Virus genome (UHGV): UHGV-0314203
Direction: 5' to 3' (one strand)
DNA from: a virus
Length of the DNA: 32,844 nucleotides
The notes under the pieces were generated by a model. The model made no database searches, was not told the origin of the DNA, and saw nothing but the letters and a program-made list of their open reading frames with translations. The translations under genes and the position numbers were made by a program. Every line of letters begins with the position of its first letter. Within the stretch, counting starts at the first letter, position 1. Shown piece after piece: positions 7,441 to 14,988 of this stretch.

Positions 7441-9851
7441 GTCATGCCGATATGAACAACTGCTGCGGCTTTAACGAGGCTGCCGCAGCATTCTCATGGA
7501 ACAGCCCGAAAAAGGCCATTAACCCTTATCTGGACCCGGCGGAAGTTGCGCCGGTTTCTGCGCTTTCAAACCTGATCACTCTGTACGCTGCCGATAACGA
7601 GCAGGAACAACTGCGCCGCGAGGCACTGAGTGATCAGGTCTGGGAGCGTTATTTCTTTAATGAATCCCGTGATCCTGTCCAGCGCGAAATGGAGCAGGAT
7701 AAGCTAATTAGCCGGGCAAAGCTGGCGCATGAGCAGCAGCGTTTTAATCCAGACATGGTCATTCTGGCAGATGTCAACGCCCAGCCTTCCCATATCAGCA
7801 AGCCGCTGATGCAACGTATTAAATACTTCAGCAATCTGGGCAGGCCAAAGGCTTATTCCCGCTATTTGCGTGAGACGATTAAGCCATGCCTGGAACGACT
7901 GGAGCATGTACGCGACAGCCAGCTATCTGCATCTTTTCGTTTTATGGCAAGCCATGAAGGGCTGGACGGTCTGCTGATCCTGCCTGAAATGAGTCAGGAT
8001 CAGGTGAAACGCCTGTCCACCCTTGTCGCTGCGCATATGAGCATGTGTCTTGATGCCGCTTGTGGTGATTTGTACGCCTCCGATGATGTTAAGCCGGAAG
8101 AAATCCGCAAGACATGGGAAAAGGTGGCAGCAGAAACCCTGCGACTGGATGTCATACCACCTGCGTTTGAGCAACTCCGCCGGAAAAGAAACCGCCGCAA
8201 ACCTGTGCCCTATGAACTCATTCCGGGTTCGCTGGCGCGTATGTTGTGCGCCGACTGGTGGTACCGGAAATTATGGAAGATGCGTTGCGAATGGCGGGAA
8301 GAGCAGTTGCGTGCTGTCTGTCTGGTCAGCAAAAAAGCATCTCCCTATGTCAGCTATGAAGCCGTGATGCATAAACGTGAGCAGCGCCGTAAGTCGCTGG
8401 AGTTTTTCCGTTCTCATGAACTGGTGAACGAAGACGGCGACACGCTGGACATGGAGGATGTGGTAAACGCCAGCAGCAGCAACCCGGCGCATCGCCGCAA
8501 TGAGATGATGGCCTGCGTTAAAGGTCTGGAGCTTATCGCGGAAATGCGTGGTGACTGCGCCGTTTTCTACACCATCACCTGTCCGTCACGTTTCCATTCC
8601 ACGCTAAATAACGGCAGGCCAAACCTGACCTGGACCAACGCGACAGTAAGACAAAGCAGCGATTATCTGGTCGGCATGTTTGCTGCATTTCGTAAGGCTA
8701 TGCACAAAGCCGGATTGCGCTGGTATGGCGTGCGGGTGGCTGAGCCGCATCATGACGGTACAGTTCACTGGCACCTGTTGTGTTTTATGCGCAAAAAAGA
8801 TCGCCGCGCCATTACTGCTTTGTTGCGTAAGTTTGCCATTCGTGAAGACCGCGAGGAGCTGGGGAATAACACGGGACCACGCTTTAAGTCTGAGTTGATT
8901 AACCCGCGCAAAGGAACGCCGACAAGCTACATCGCGAAATATATCAGCAAGAACATTGACGGGCGTGGTCTGGCTGGCGAGATCAGCAAGGAAACGGGTA
9001 AATCTCTGCGTGATAACGCTGAATACGTGAATGCCTGGGCGTCTTTGCATCGTGTTCAGCAATTCCGCTTCTTTGGCATTCCGGGGCGCCAGGCTTACCG
9101 TGAACTGCGATTGCTGGCTGGTCAGGCGGCAAGGCAACAGGGTGACAAAAAAGCAGGTGCGCCGGTACTGGATAACCCGCGCCTTGATGCAATCCTGGCT
9201 GCTGCTGATGCTGGTTGTTTTGCCACCTACATCATGAAGCAGGGCGGCGTACTGGTTCCCCGCAAATATCACCTCATCAGAACTGCTTATGAAATTAACG
9301 AAGAGCCGACCGCCTATGGCGATCACGGCATTCGTATTTATGGCATCTGGTCACCCATTGCAGAGGGCAAGATCTGCACTCATGCCGTGAAGTGGAAAAT
9401 GGTTCGTAAGGCCGTTGACGTTCAGGAGGCGGCAGCCGACCAGGGCGCTTGCGCCCCTTGGACTCGTGGCAATAACTGTCCCCTTGCTGAAAATTTGAAC
9501 CAACAAGGGAAAGACAAATCAGCTGATGGGGATACCAGGACGGACATTACCCGCATGGATGACAAGGAGTTGCACGATTACCTGCACAGTATGAGCAAAA
9601 AAGAGCGCCGGGAACTGGCTGCAAGGTTACGCCTGGTGAAGCCGAAACGGCGTAAAGACTACAAACAGCGAATTACAGACCATCAGCGACAGCAACTCGT
9701 CTATGAACTGAAGTCCAGAGGATTTGATGGCAGCGAGAAAGAGGTCGATTTACTCCTTCGCGGCGGCAGTATTCCGTCAGGAGCAGGCCTGCGTATCTTC
9801 TATCGGAACCAGCGTTTGCAGGAAGATGATAAGTGGCGAAACCTGTATTAA
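7437..9851 (+). CDS. A: replication initiation endonuclease, P2 gene A type
   Basis: 804 aa, the largest early ORF, at the position of P2 A / 186 A; the internal minus-strand ORFs are antisense artefacts. Confidence 0.8.
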   Translation: MSHADMNNCCGFNEAAAAFSWNSPKKAINPYLDPAEVAPVSALSNLITLYAADNEQEQLRREALSDQVWERYFFNESRDPVQREMEQDKLISRAKLAHEQQRFNPDMVILADVNAQPSHISKPLMQRIKYFSNLGRPKAYSRYLRETIKPCLERLEHVRDSQLSASFRFMASHEGLDGLLILPEMSQDQVKRLSTLVAAHMSMCLDAACGDLYASDDVKPEEIRKTWEKVAAETLRLDVIPPAFEQLRRKRNRRKPVPYELIPGSLARMLCADWWYRKLWKMRCEWREEQLRAVCLVSKKASPYVSYEAVMHKREQRRKSLEFFRSHELVNEDGDTLDMEDVVNASSSNPAHRRNEMMACVKGLELIAEMRGDCAVFYTITCPSRFHSTLNNGRPNLTWTNATVRQSSDYLVGMFAAFRKAMHKAGLRWYGVRVAEPHHDGTVHWHLLCFMRKKDRRAITALLRKFAIREDREELGNNTGPRFKSELINPRKGTPTSYIAKYISKNIDGRGLAGEISKETGKSLRDNAEYVNAWASLHRVQQFRFFGIPGRQAYRELRLLAGQAARQQGDKKAGAPVLDNPRLDAILAAADAGCFATYIMKQGGVLVPRKYHLIRTAYEINEEPTAYGDHGIRIYGIWSPIAEGKICTHAVKWKMVRKAVDVQEAAADQGACAPWTRGNNCPLAENLNQQGKDKSADGDTRTDITRMDDKELHDYLHSMSKKERRELAARLRLVKPKRRKDYKQRITDHQRQQLVYELKSRGFDGSEKEVDLLLRGGSIPSGAGLRIFYRNQRLQEDDKWRNLY

Positions 9852-9945
9852 TTACGCGGGTTAACAATTCGTGCTCTTAATAATACTAGGCATATCAGGC
9901 TGATGAACGTAAAAAAACGTTTTACATCAGTAAGATTATTATATA

Positions 9946-9961
9946 CTGTAAATATAAACAG
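9946..9961 (+). promoter_or_regulatory. LexA (SOS) box CTGT-N8-ACAG (ctgtaaatataaacag)
   Basis: Perfect CTGT/ACAG half-sites with an 8-nt AT-rich spacer, about 45 nt upstream of the ORF at 10005. Confidence 0.6.
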
Positions 9962-10004
9962 TGGTTAAGTATACAGTATTGCTTGTGGTGTCATAGGAGG
10001 AAAG

Positions 10005-10193
10005 ATGCAGGACTATTTTTTGGAGTCTTTGAAGCTCCAGCGCATTGATTTTTTTCTTAAGCTTGTAGCGGCTAGTGAGTGTAGTGATGAAGAGAAGGGG
10101 CTGGCTTTGCAGTGGGTTTCTGAACTAACAGATGAACTCATGGCAAAAATCAGAACCCACGAATACAACCGCTCAATGGATGTCATCAGCTGA
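10005..10193 (+). CDS. small hypothetical protein (62 aa), first gene of the SOS-controlled pair
   Basis: ATG 10005 with AGGAGG upstream (tcataggaggaaag-ATG); directly downstream of the LexA box. Confidence 0.45.
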   Translation: MQDYFLESLKLQRIDFFLKLVAASECSDEEKGLALQWVSELTDELMAKIRTHEYNRSMDVIS

Positions 10194-10203
10194 GGTGACT
10201 TTT

Positions 10204-10437
10204 ATGCGCATTGAAATAATGATCGATAAAGAGCAGAAGATTAGCCAGTCTACCCTGGACGCCCTTGAATCCGAGCTTTACCGCAATCTGCGCCCCCTGT
10301 ATCCAAAAACGGTAATTCGTATCCGCAAAGGTAGCTCTAACGGTGTGGAACTGACTGGGCTGCAACAGGACGAAGAAAGAAAACAAGTGATGAAAATTAT
10401 GCAGAAGGTGTGGGAAGACGACAGCTGGCTGCATTAA
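10204..10437 (+). CDS. DinI-family protein
   Basis: 77 aa from ATG 10204 (MRIEIMIDKEQ…KIMQKVWEDDSWL), closely following the pattern of E. coli DinI; GAGGTGA 6 nt upstream. Confidence 0.75.
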   Translation: MRIEIMIDKEQKISQSTLDALESELYRNLRPLYPKTVIRIRKGSSNGVELTGLQQDEERKQVMKIMQKVWEDDSWLH

Positions 10438-10572
10438 GAAACGTTGCTGGCGTCTGAACTTGCTTCTGGCGTCAGCAAGGTTGAACAACGAGCCCTTGCG
10501 AGGCGTTAGCTCTGTAGTGCATGTCTATGCCGCATGAGATCGCATGATCGTTTGAGGATCGTTTTTGCTAAG

Positions 10573-10596
10573 GCCCGCCAGAACTGGCGGGCTTTT
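10573..10596 (+). terminator. rho-independent terminator (gcccgccag / ctggcgggc stem, then TTTT)
   Basis: Perfect inverted repeat followed by a T-run, downstream of the DinI-like gene. Confidence 0.6.
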
Positions 10597-10636
10597 GCGT
10601 AGATCATGCAGGTGCATGAAAACCACTACATAAAGC

Positions 10637-10660
10637 GGGCAGGCGTGGCGGGGATACGAG
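10637..10660. other. candidate cos (cohesive-end) region, G-rich gggcaggcgtggcggggatacgag
   Basis: Contains GGCGTGGCGGGGA, which matches my recollection of the start of the 186/P2 19-nt cohesive end; lies between the replication region and portal Q as expected; unverified. Confidence 0.3.
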
Positions 10661-10687
10661 CGCGCGTATTAGGTTTTATTTGAGAAC

Positions 10688-10717
10688 TTGTTAAATATGA
10701 TGTTTCACAATTAGAAT
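10688..10717 (+). promoter_or_regulatory. sigma70-like promoter for cassette B: TTGTTA, 18-nt spacer, TAGAAT
   Basis: Read in sequence about 30 nt upstream of the first cassette gene; spacer length is at the upper limit. Confidence 0.35.
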
Positions 10718-10746
10718 TGTCCGTAAATCATTCTGTTGGAGGCATT

Positions 10747-10929
10747 ATGGAATACTTAAGCGAAATCATTAGTTTTTTGGCAGGGGCGGGTATCAGTTGG
10801 GCTATTACTTTCAATGTGTATAATTACAAAGTAAAGCAAATTTGTATGAACCAAAGTTCTCCCATTCAAAATGGAAATACAGTGACAAACGGAAGCATTG
10901 TCGGTAGAGATCAGACTAATTCTCACTAA
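10747..10929 (+). CDS. small single-TM protein (60 aa) ending in an NGSIVGxxQTN motif (cassette B, gene 1)
   Basis: ATG 10747 with GGAGG upstream; hydrophobic IISFLAGAGISWAITFNVY; the C-terminal motif recurs at the start of the next ORF. Confidence 0.5.
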   Translation: MEYLSEIISFLAGAGISWAITFNVYNYKVKQICMNQSSPIQNGNTVTNGSIVGRDQTNSH

Positions 10930-10942
10930 GGGAGTGATTGGT

Positions 10943-11509
10943 GTGTTTAGTAAACAGGAGCAATCAGGTAATAGAGTAAGAAATGGGAGTATTGTTGGAG
11001 GGAGTCAAACAAACCACATTACCAATATAGTTCGTAGTAGTAATCGAACTTTAGAGCGTTTGTACCAAAAGTTCTCTCAAGAAGATGGAACTATGGGGGG
11101 GCAGGATTTTTGTGATAAGTTAAAGCACTATTTAGCCTCGGATACCAATCCAGATATAAGAGATTTAGCTACAAAGCTAACTGATAGTGATAGAACTGAA
11201 TTAATTTACTTTGCAACTGCTCTTAAAGAGCAAGCCCTCAAGGCGATAATGAAGTGCCAATCTTCCAAAACCGCACAAGAAATATATGCGTTTATTCTTG
11301 ATAAAATTCATGCTGATTTTATGCTCAAAATTATACCTCTTATTCAGAAGGATGAGGACCGAGTAATTGTTGATGAAAAAATTTCATTGGTATTAGAAAA
11401 TATTAGTGAAATGTTGGGCGATAATTTGTTAAACTTATCCGAAAAGGATCTTTTGGGACTGTTGTATTTTTTAGGCGGAAATTGTTATATAAGGTGGGAT
11501 AAATGTTAG
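10943..11509 (+). CDS. hypothetical mostly alpha-helical protein (about 188 aa; cassette B, gene 2)
   Basis: GTG 10943 with AAGGGAG 8 nt upstream (the ORF track starts it at TTG 10898); N-terminus repeats the NGSIVGxxQTN motif; stop overlaps the next start. Confidence 0.55.
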   Translation: MFSKQEQSGNRVRNGSIVGGSQTNHITNIVRSSNRTLERLYQKFSQEDGTMGGQDFCDKLKHYLASDTNPDIRDLATKLTDSDRTELIYFATALKEQALKAIMKCQSSKTAQEIYAFILDKIHADFMLKIIPLIQKDEDRVIVDEKISLVLENISEMLGDNLLNLSEKDLLGLLYFLGGNCYIRWDKC

Positions 11510-12003
11510 TTTATCATCCAGCATATGATGCCTATCATTGTCTATTTAGAATGATGGCAATTATGGAAAATACAAATCGGCTTGAGATTGATAAGCTTAA
11601 AATATTGGATTTTTACATTTTATTTCCTGCGTTATTAAGTGAAGTGAAAATGCCGAGAGAATTTATTAAAATTAAAAAAACAGCAAAGCTACATCATAAT
11701 GAATATCATGATCCATTGAGTCCAAGGATTATTTTCAAGGAAATGCGTCAAATACAGGATGCAGCACTAAAATGTATGCTTGCGACTGGTTATATTGATT
11801 CTGATGATTTCAGCAATGGTTTTGTCTCAAGAACAAATAAACAATTACCACTGAACCTAGCCTTAGAAATGGGCGTTTTTTTAGAGCGCAAAGAACCGTT
11901 TTCATCTTTCATTACACAAAAGATGGCTAAATTTCATCTGACTGGACCTGATGGATTGAAGGCTAGAACTAAACTTATGGAGTATAGATATGACACTTAT
12001 TAA
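11503..12003 (+). CDS. hypothetical protein (166 aa; cassette B, gene 3)
   Basis: ATG 11503 with AAGGTGGG upstream; overlaps gene 2 by 7 nt and gene 4 by 14 nt (translational coupling). Confidence 0.65.
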   Translation: MLVYHPAYDAYHCLFRMMAIMENTNRLEIDKLKILDFYILFPALLSEVKMPREFIKIKKTAKLHHNEYHDPLSPRIIFKEMRQIQDAALKCMLATGYIDSDDFSNGFVSRTNKQLPLNLALEMGVFLERKEPFSSFITQKMAKFHLTGPDGLKARTKLMEYRYDTY

Positions 12004-13894
12004 GCCTACTCTTATTGTAACCAGATTAACAGTTTTTCAACACGGACATCGTGCATTTGATTGTGAATTCCACAAAGGTGTTAACATTATTCGTGGGCGA
12101 AATAGTTCTGGTAAAACTACAATAATGGATATGCTGGCATTTTCATTGGGAGCTGAAAATATCAGGTGGAAACCACAGGCTTTGAAATGCACTAGAACAA
12201 TCGTTGAAGTGCTTCTCAATAATGAGAAAGCATGCTTTAAACGAGAGATATCTATTGAGCAAATGCGACCTCTTTATATTTATTGGGGAGCGATGGATAA
12301 GGCTTTGAATGCTGGGGAACACGAATGGGAATTATACCCATTCAAGAGAACTGAGAGTAAAATTAGCTTCACCCAAGCTATTTTCAATGCATTATCAATG
12401 CCCTTGGCACAAGGTGCTGGTTCTTCTAATTTGACATTGCATCAGATTTTACGTGTCTTGTATGCAGATCAGCCGTCGTTACATAGTCCAATTTTTCGAT
12501 TTGACAGATTTGATAATGCTCTTACCCGTGAGACGGTAGGTGGATACTTATGTGGTGTTTATAATGATGAGTTGTACAATGCACAACTTTCTTTAAGAGA
12601 TGTTGAGACCGAACTAACAAAGAAAGTTACTGAATTAAAAAGTATCTTTACTGTATTAGGTAGATCTGGACAGGCTCCAGATTTACAAGGTATTGATGAG
12701 AAAATAAAGCATCTAAATAAATTGAGAGCTATTGAGAATGTAAAACTAACAAATAGAGCTATTATAACTAATGAAGAAGGGGCTGATTCTGAAAAACGAA
12801 TGGGTACTATCAGGGAGGAACTCAATGAAGCTAAAAGGAAATTATCTTCCCTAAAAGATAAAATCCAATCTTTGGATTTTGAAATTTCAGATTCTGATAT
12901 GTTTATATCAGAATTAAATGAGCGGCTAAAAAACTTAGAACAGTCTGGAGAAACGCGTGCTATATTTGATAGTATGAATTTTGATTTTTGCCCTAGTTGT
13001 CTTTCCAAAATAGATAAGGCTCATAATGATCATGTTTGTCATCTATGTAAAGTGGAACAATTAGATGATAAAGCTGAAAATCAGTTATTAAGAATGAAAA
13101 ATGAATTAACTCTTCAAATCAAAGAATCTCTTCAATTAATGGATAGAAGAAAAGAAGAGTTGGTAAGATTAAAGCGAGATGTTCCTTTAGCTGAGAGTGA
13201 ATTAAAAAGGCTTGAACAGGATTATTTCAAAGAGTCACACTATTGGTCTTCACCGCAAGAGTTAGCTGTAGGTAAAATATATAGGGAAATTGGACGGCTT
13301 GATGAAGAAATAAAAAGAGCTTATGAAGATAAGAAGCTTATTGTTGTTATTAATGAACTTCAAGAGCGTCGCGATGAACTTCAGGCGGAAAAAAATAGAC
13401 TTGATGATCTTATTGAACTTTATGAAGAAAAAGAGGAAGTTCTTAAAGATAAAATTTATGCTTCAGTGAGCTCAATAGCACAAGAGCTTTTACAAGAAGA
13501 TTTGCCTTTGCAAAAAGAGTTTATGTCTCCTGAAAGTGTGGAGTTTAGTTTTACTGATAATAGCGTTTATGTGAATGGTAGTAAGAACTTTTCTGAAAGT
13601 TCAGCTGTAGTATTAAGGCATATATTCCATTTGGCACTACTTTCAGCAAGTATAGAGAACCACTCAATGCGACTTCCAAGATTTATGATGTTAGATGGGA
13701 TCGACGATGGTGGAATGGAAAAAGAACGGAGTCACAATTTACAGGAAATAATAATTGATGAGTGCTCACGTTATGAACATGATTATCAGTTGATATTTGC
13801 AACATCTGAAATAAATCCCAAATACAGTGAGAGTGAATATATTGTTGGTGAGTATTATTCGCCAGATAATTATTCATTGAAAATAATTGAGTGA
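11990..13894 (+). CDS. SMC/Rad50/RecF-like ABC ATPase with a long coiled coil and paired CxxC motifs (cassette B, gene 4)
   Basis: 634 aa; N-terminal Walker A GRNSSGKTT in an SMC_N-like context; central Glu/Lys/Leu-rich coiled coil; CPSC-x14-CHLC at 12989-13048; C-terminal signature-like FSESS and Walker-B-like FMMLDGIDD. Confidence 0.8.
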   Translation: MTLIKPTLIVTRLTVFQHGHRAFDCEFHKGVNIIRGRNSSGKTTIMDMLAFSLGAENIRWKPQALKCTRTIVEVLLNNEKACFKREISIEQMRPLYIYWGAMDKALNAGEHEWELYPFKRTESKISFTQAIFNALSMPLAQGAGSSNLTLHQILRVLYADQPSLHSPIFRFDRFDNALTRETVGGYLCGVYNDELYNAQLSLRDVETELTKKVTELKSIFTVLGRSGQAPDLQGIDEKIKHLNKLRAIENVKLTNRAIITNEEGADSEKRMGTIREELNEAKRKLSSLKDKIQSLDFEISDSDMFISELNERLKNLEQSGETRAIFDSMNFDFCPSCLSKIDKAHNDHVCHLCKVEQLDDKAENQLLRMKNELTLQIKESLQLMDRRKEELVRLKRDVPLAESELKRLEQDYFKESHYWSSPQELAVGKIYREIGRLDEEIKRAYEDKKLIVVINELQERRDELQAEKNRLDDLIELYEEKEEVLKDKIYASVSSIAQELLQEDLPLQKEFMSPESVEFSFTDNSVYVNGSKNFSESSAVVLRHIFHLALLSASIENHSMRLPRFMMLDGIDDGGMEKERSHNLQEIIIDECSRYEHDYQLIFATSEINPKYSESEYIVGEYYSPDNYSLKIIE

Positions 13895-13910
13895 TTGTGT
13901 ATGTGGCTGC

Positions 13911-13928
13911 TATTTTTGTAGCCACATA
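13911..13928. terminator. hairpin (atgtggct…agccacat) between convergent cassette B and portal gene; possible bidirectional terminator
   Basis: 8-bp inverted repeat with an 11-nt T-rich loop in the 65-bp convergent intergenic space. Confidence 0.35.
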
Positions 13929-13959
13929 TAAATTACTGTCTGAACTTTATTGTTTTTGT

Positions 13960-14988
13960 TCAAAGTACGTATGGTCTAAATCTAATTATTTCTATTTCAA
14001 GCCAGTCGTTTAATTGATCAAATCTTTTCTGCATGGGCACCAATTCATTGCGCATAAATACCTTACTAGCCTTCTCCACATCCCCAAACCCCCCAACATT
14101 ATTCGGCAAAATTCCCATCATCTGAGGCGGTACGCGGTGTGCAGCCATCATGTCGTCCCGGCTCACGTTCTTGATGTTCAGAAATTCATCTTTCGCTGCG
14201 ACTTCTGACAACGGGATAATCTGAAGTCCGTCCTTTTTGCCGTTAGGCGAGTACATAAACAGATTGCGGAAGTTGCCTGGACCTTTGGCGCTTTTCATCG
14301 CGTTGCGGAGGTTGTTCACATCCTCCTGATTCTGCGCGGCGTCGGTCATGTACATGATGAAGCCTGCATGACTACCGTTGATGTAATACTTACGGCGGAA
14401 CAGCGTGGCGGATTCGTTGAGCAGGGCGGATGGAATGGCAGAAAGATAGCCGGGCAGGCCGTAGATCTCCTGGTTGATGTCCGGTTCCATCAGATGAAAA
14501 ATGCTGCCTTTCGTGAACTGATACGGCTGGGTTGTCATACCGTATTGCACAAACCAGTAGGTATCCAGGTCTAACCCGCGTCGGGTGTATTTTGCCAGCG
14601 CAGGCTCAAGGGCGATAACTTCACCGAATCGGTTCGTGCGTTTCTCCAGGTAGGCGTTACCAAATACCAGATAGTCCTGCACAAAACGCGAAAAAGCCTG
14701 TTGGCTGAGCAGCGGATGAGGGATATAGGTACTGGTCAGAATGTTGCACTTTACTGCAATCGGGGAACTGTGATGCACGGCAGCGCGGAAGGTGCGCGCC
14801 AGTCCGTCAAAGCTGACGGGAGGCTCATACCAGCGATCTGTCTGAACACATTCCACATAGTCCAGCAGTTCGCGGCGGTCAAGTACTGGAACGGGATCAC
14901 CGAAGCTGAATGCTTCGGCTGAAGTCTGGTTTTTATGCTGGATCTGATTCGTCGCCGCAGTGCGGTTCTTCTTACTCTTTCCCATCAA
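13960..14988 (-). CDS. Q: portal protein (P2 gpQ-like)
   Basis: 342 aa, size and position as P2 Q; stop overlaps the terminase gene start. Confidence 0.85.
   Translation of the reverse strand: MMGKSKKNRTAATNQIQHKNQTSAEAFSFGDPVPVLDRRELLDYVECVQTDRWYEPPVSFDGLARTFRAAVHHSSPIAVKCNILTSTYIPHPLLSQQAFSRFVQDYLVFGNAYLEKRTNRFGEVIALEPALAKYTRRGLDLDTYWFVQYGMTTQPYQFTKGSIFHLMEPDINQEIYGLPGYLSAIPSALLNESATLFRRKYYINGSHAGFIMYMTDAAQNQEDVNNLRNAMKSAKGPGNFRNLFMYSPNGKKDGLQIIPLSEVAAKDEFLNIKNVSRDDMMAAHRVPPQMMGILPNNVGGFGDVEKASKVFMRNELVPMQKRFDQLNDWLEIEIIRFRPYVL

Noticed and set aside
8604-9326. 240-aa minus-strand ORF inside the replication gene A, and other minus ORFs across 7649-9867
   Set aside because: Antisense to a long, well-supported gene in GC-rich DNA; compositionally odd with no start context. 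Treated as spurious.
10440-10480. Possible second terminator or att-like palindrome (ttgctggcgtctgaacttgcttctggcgtcagcaa) after the DinI-like gene
   Set aside because: The arms form a direct repeat of ctggcgtc with only a short ttgctg/cagcaa inverted pair; no convincing stem plus T-run. The hairpin at 10573-10596 is the better terminator.
12559-13008. 149-aa minus-strand ORF within the ATPase gene of cassette B
   Set aside because: Antisense to the coiled-coil coding region; Ser/Phe/Ile-rich mirror of a Glu/Lys/Leu-rich sense frame.
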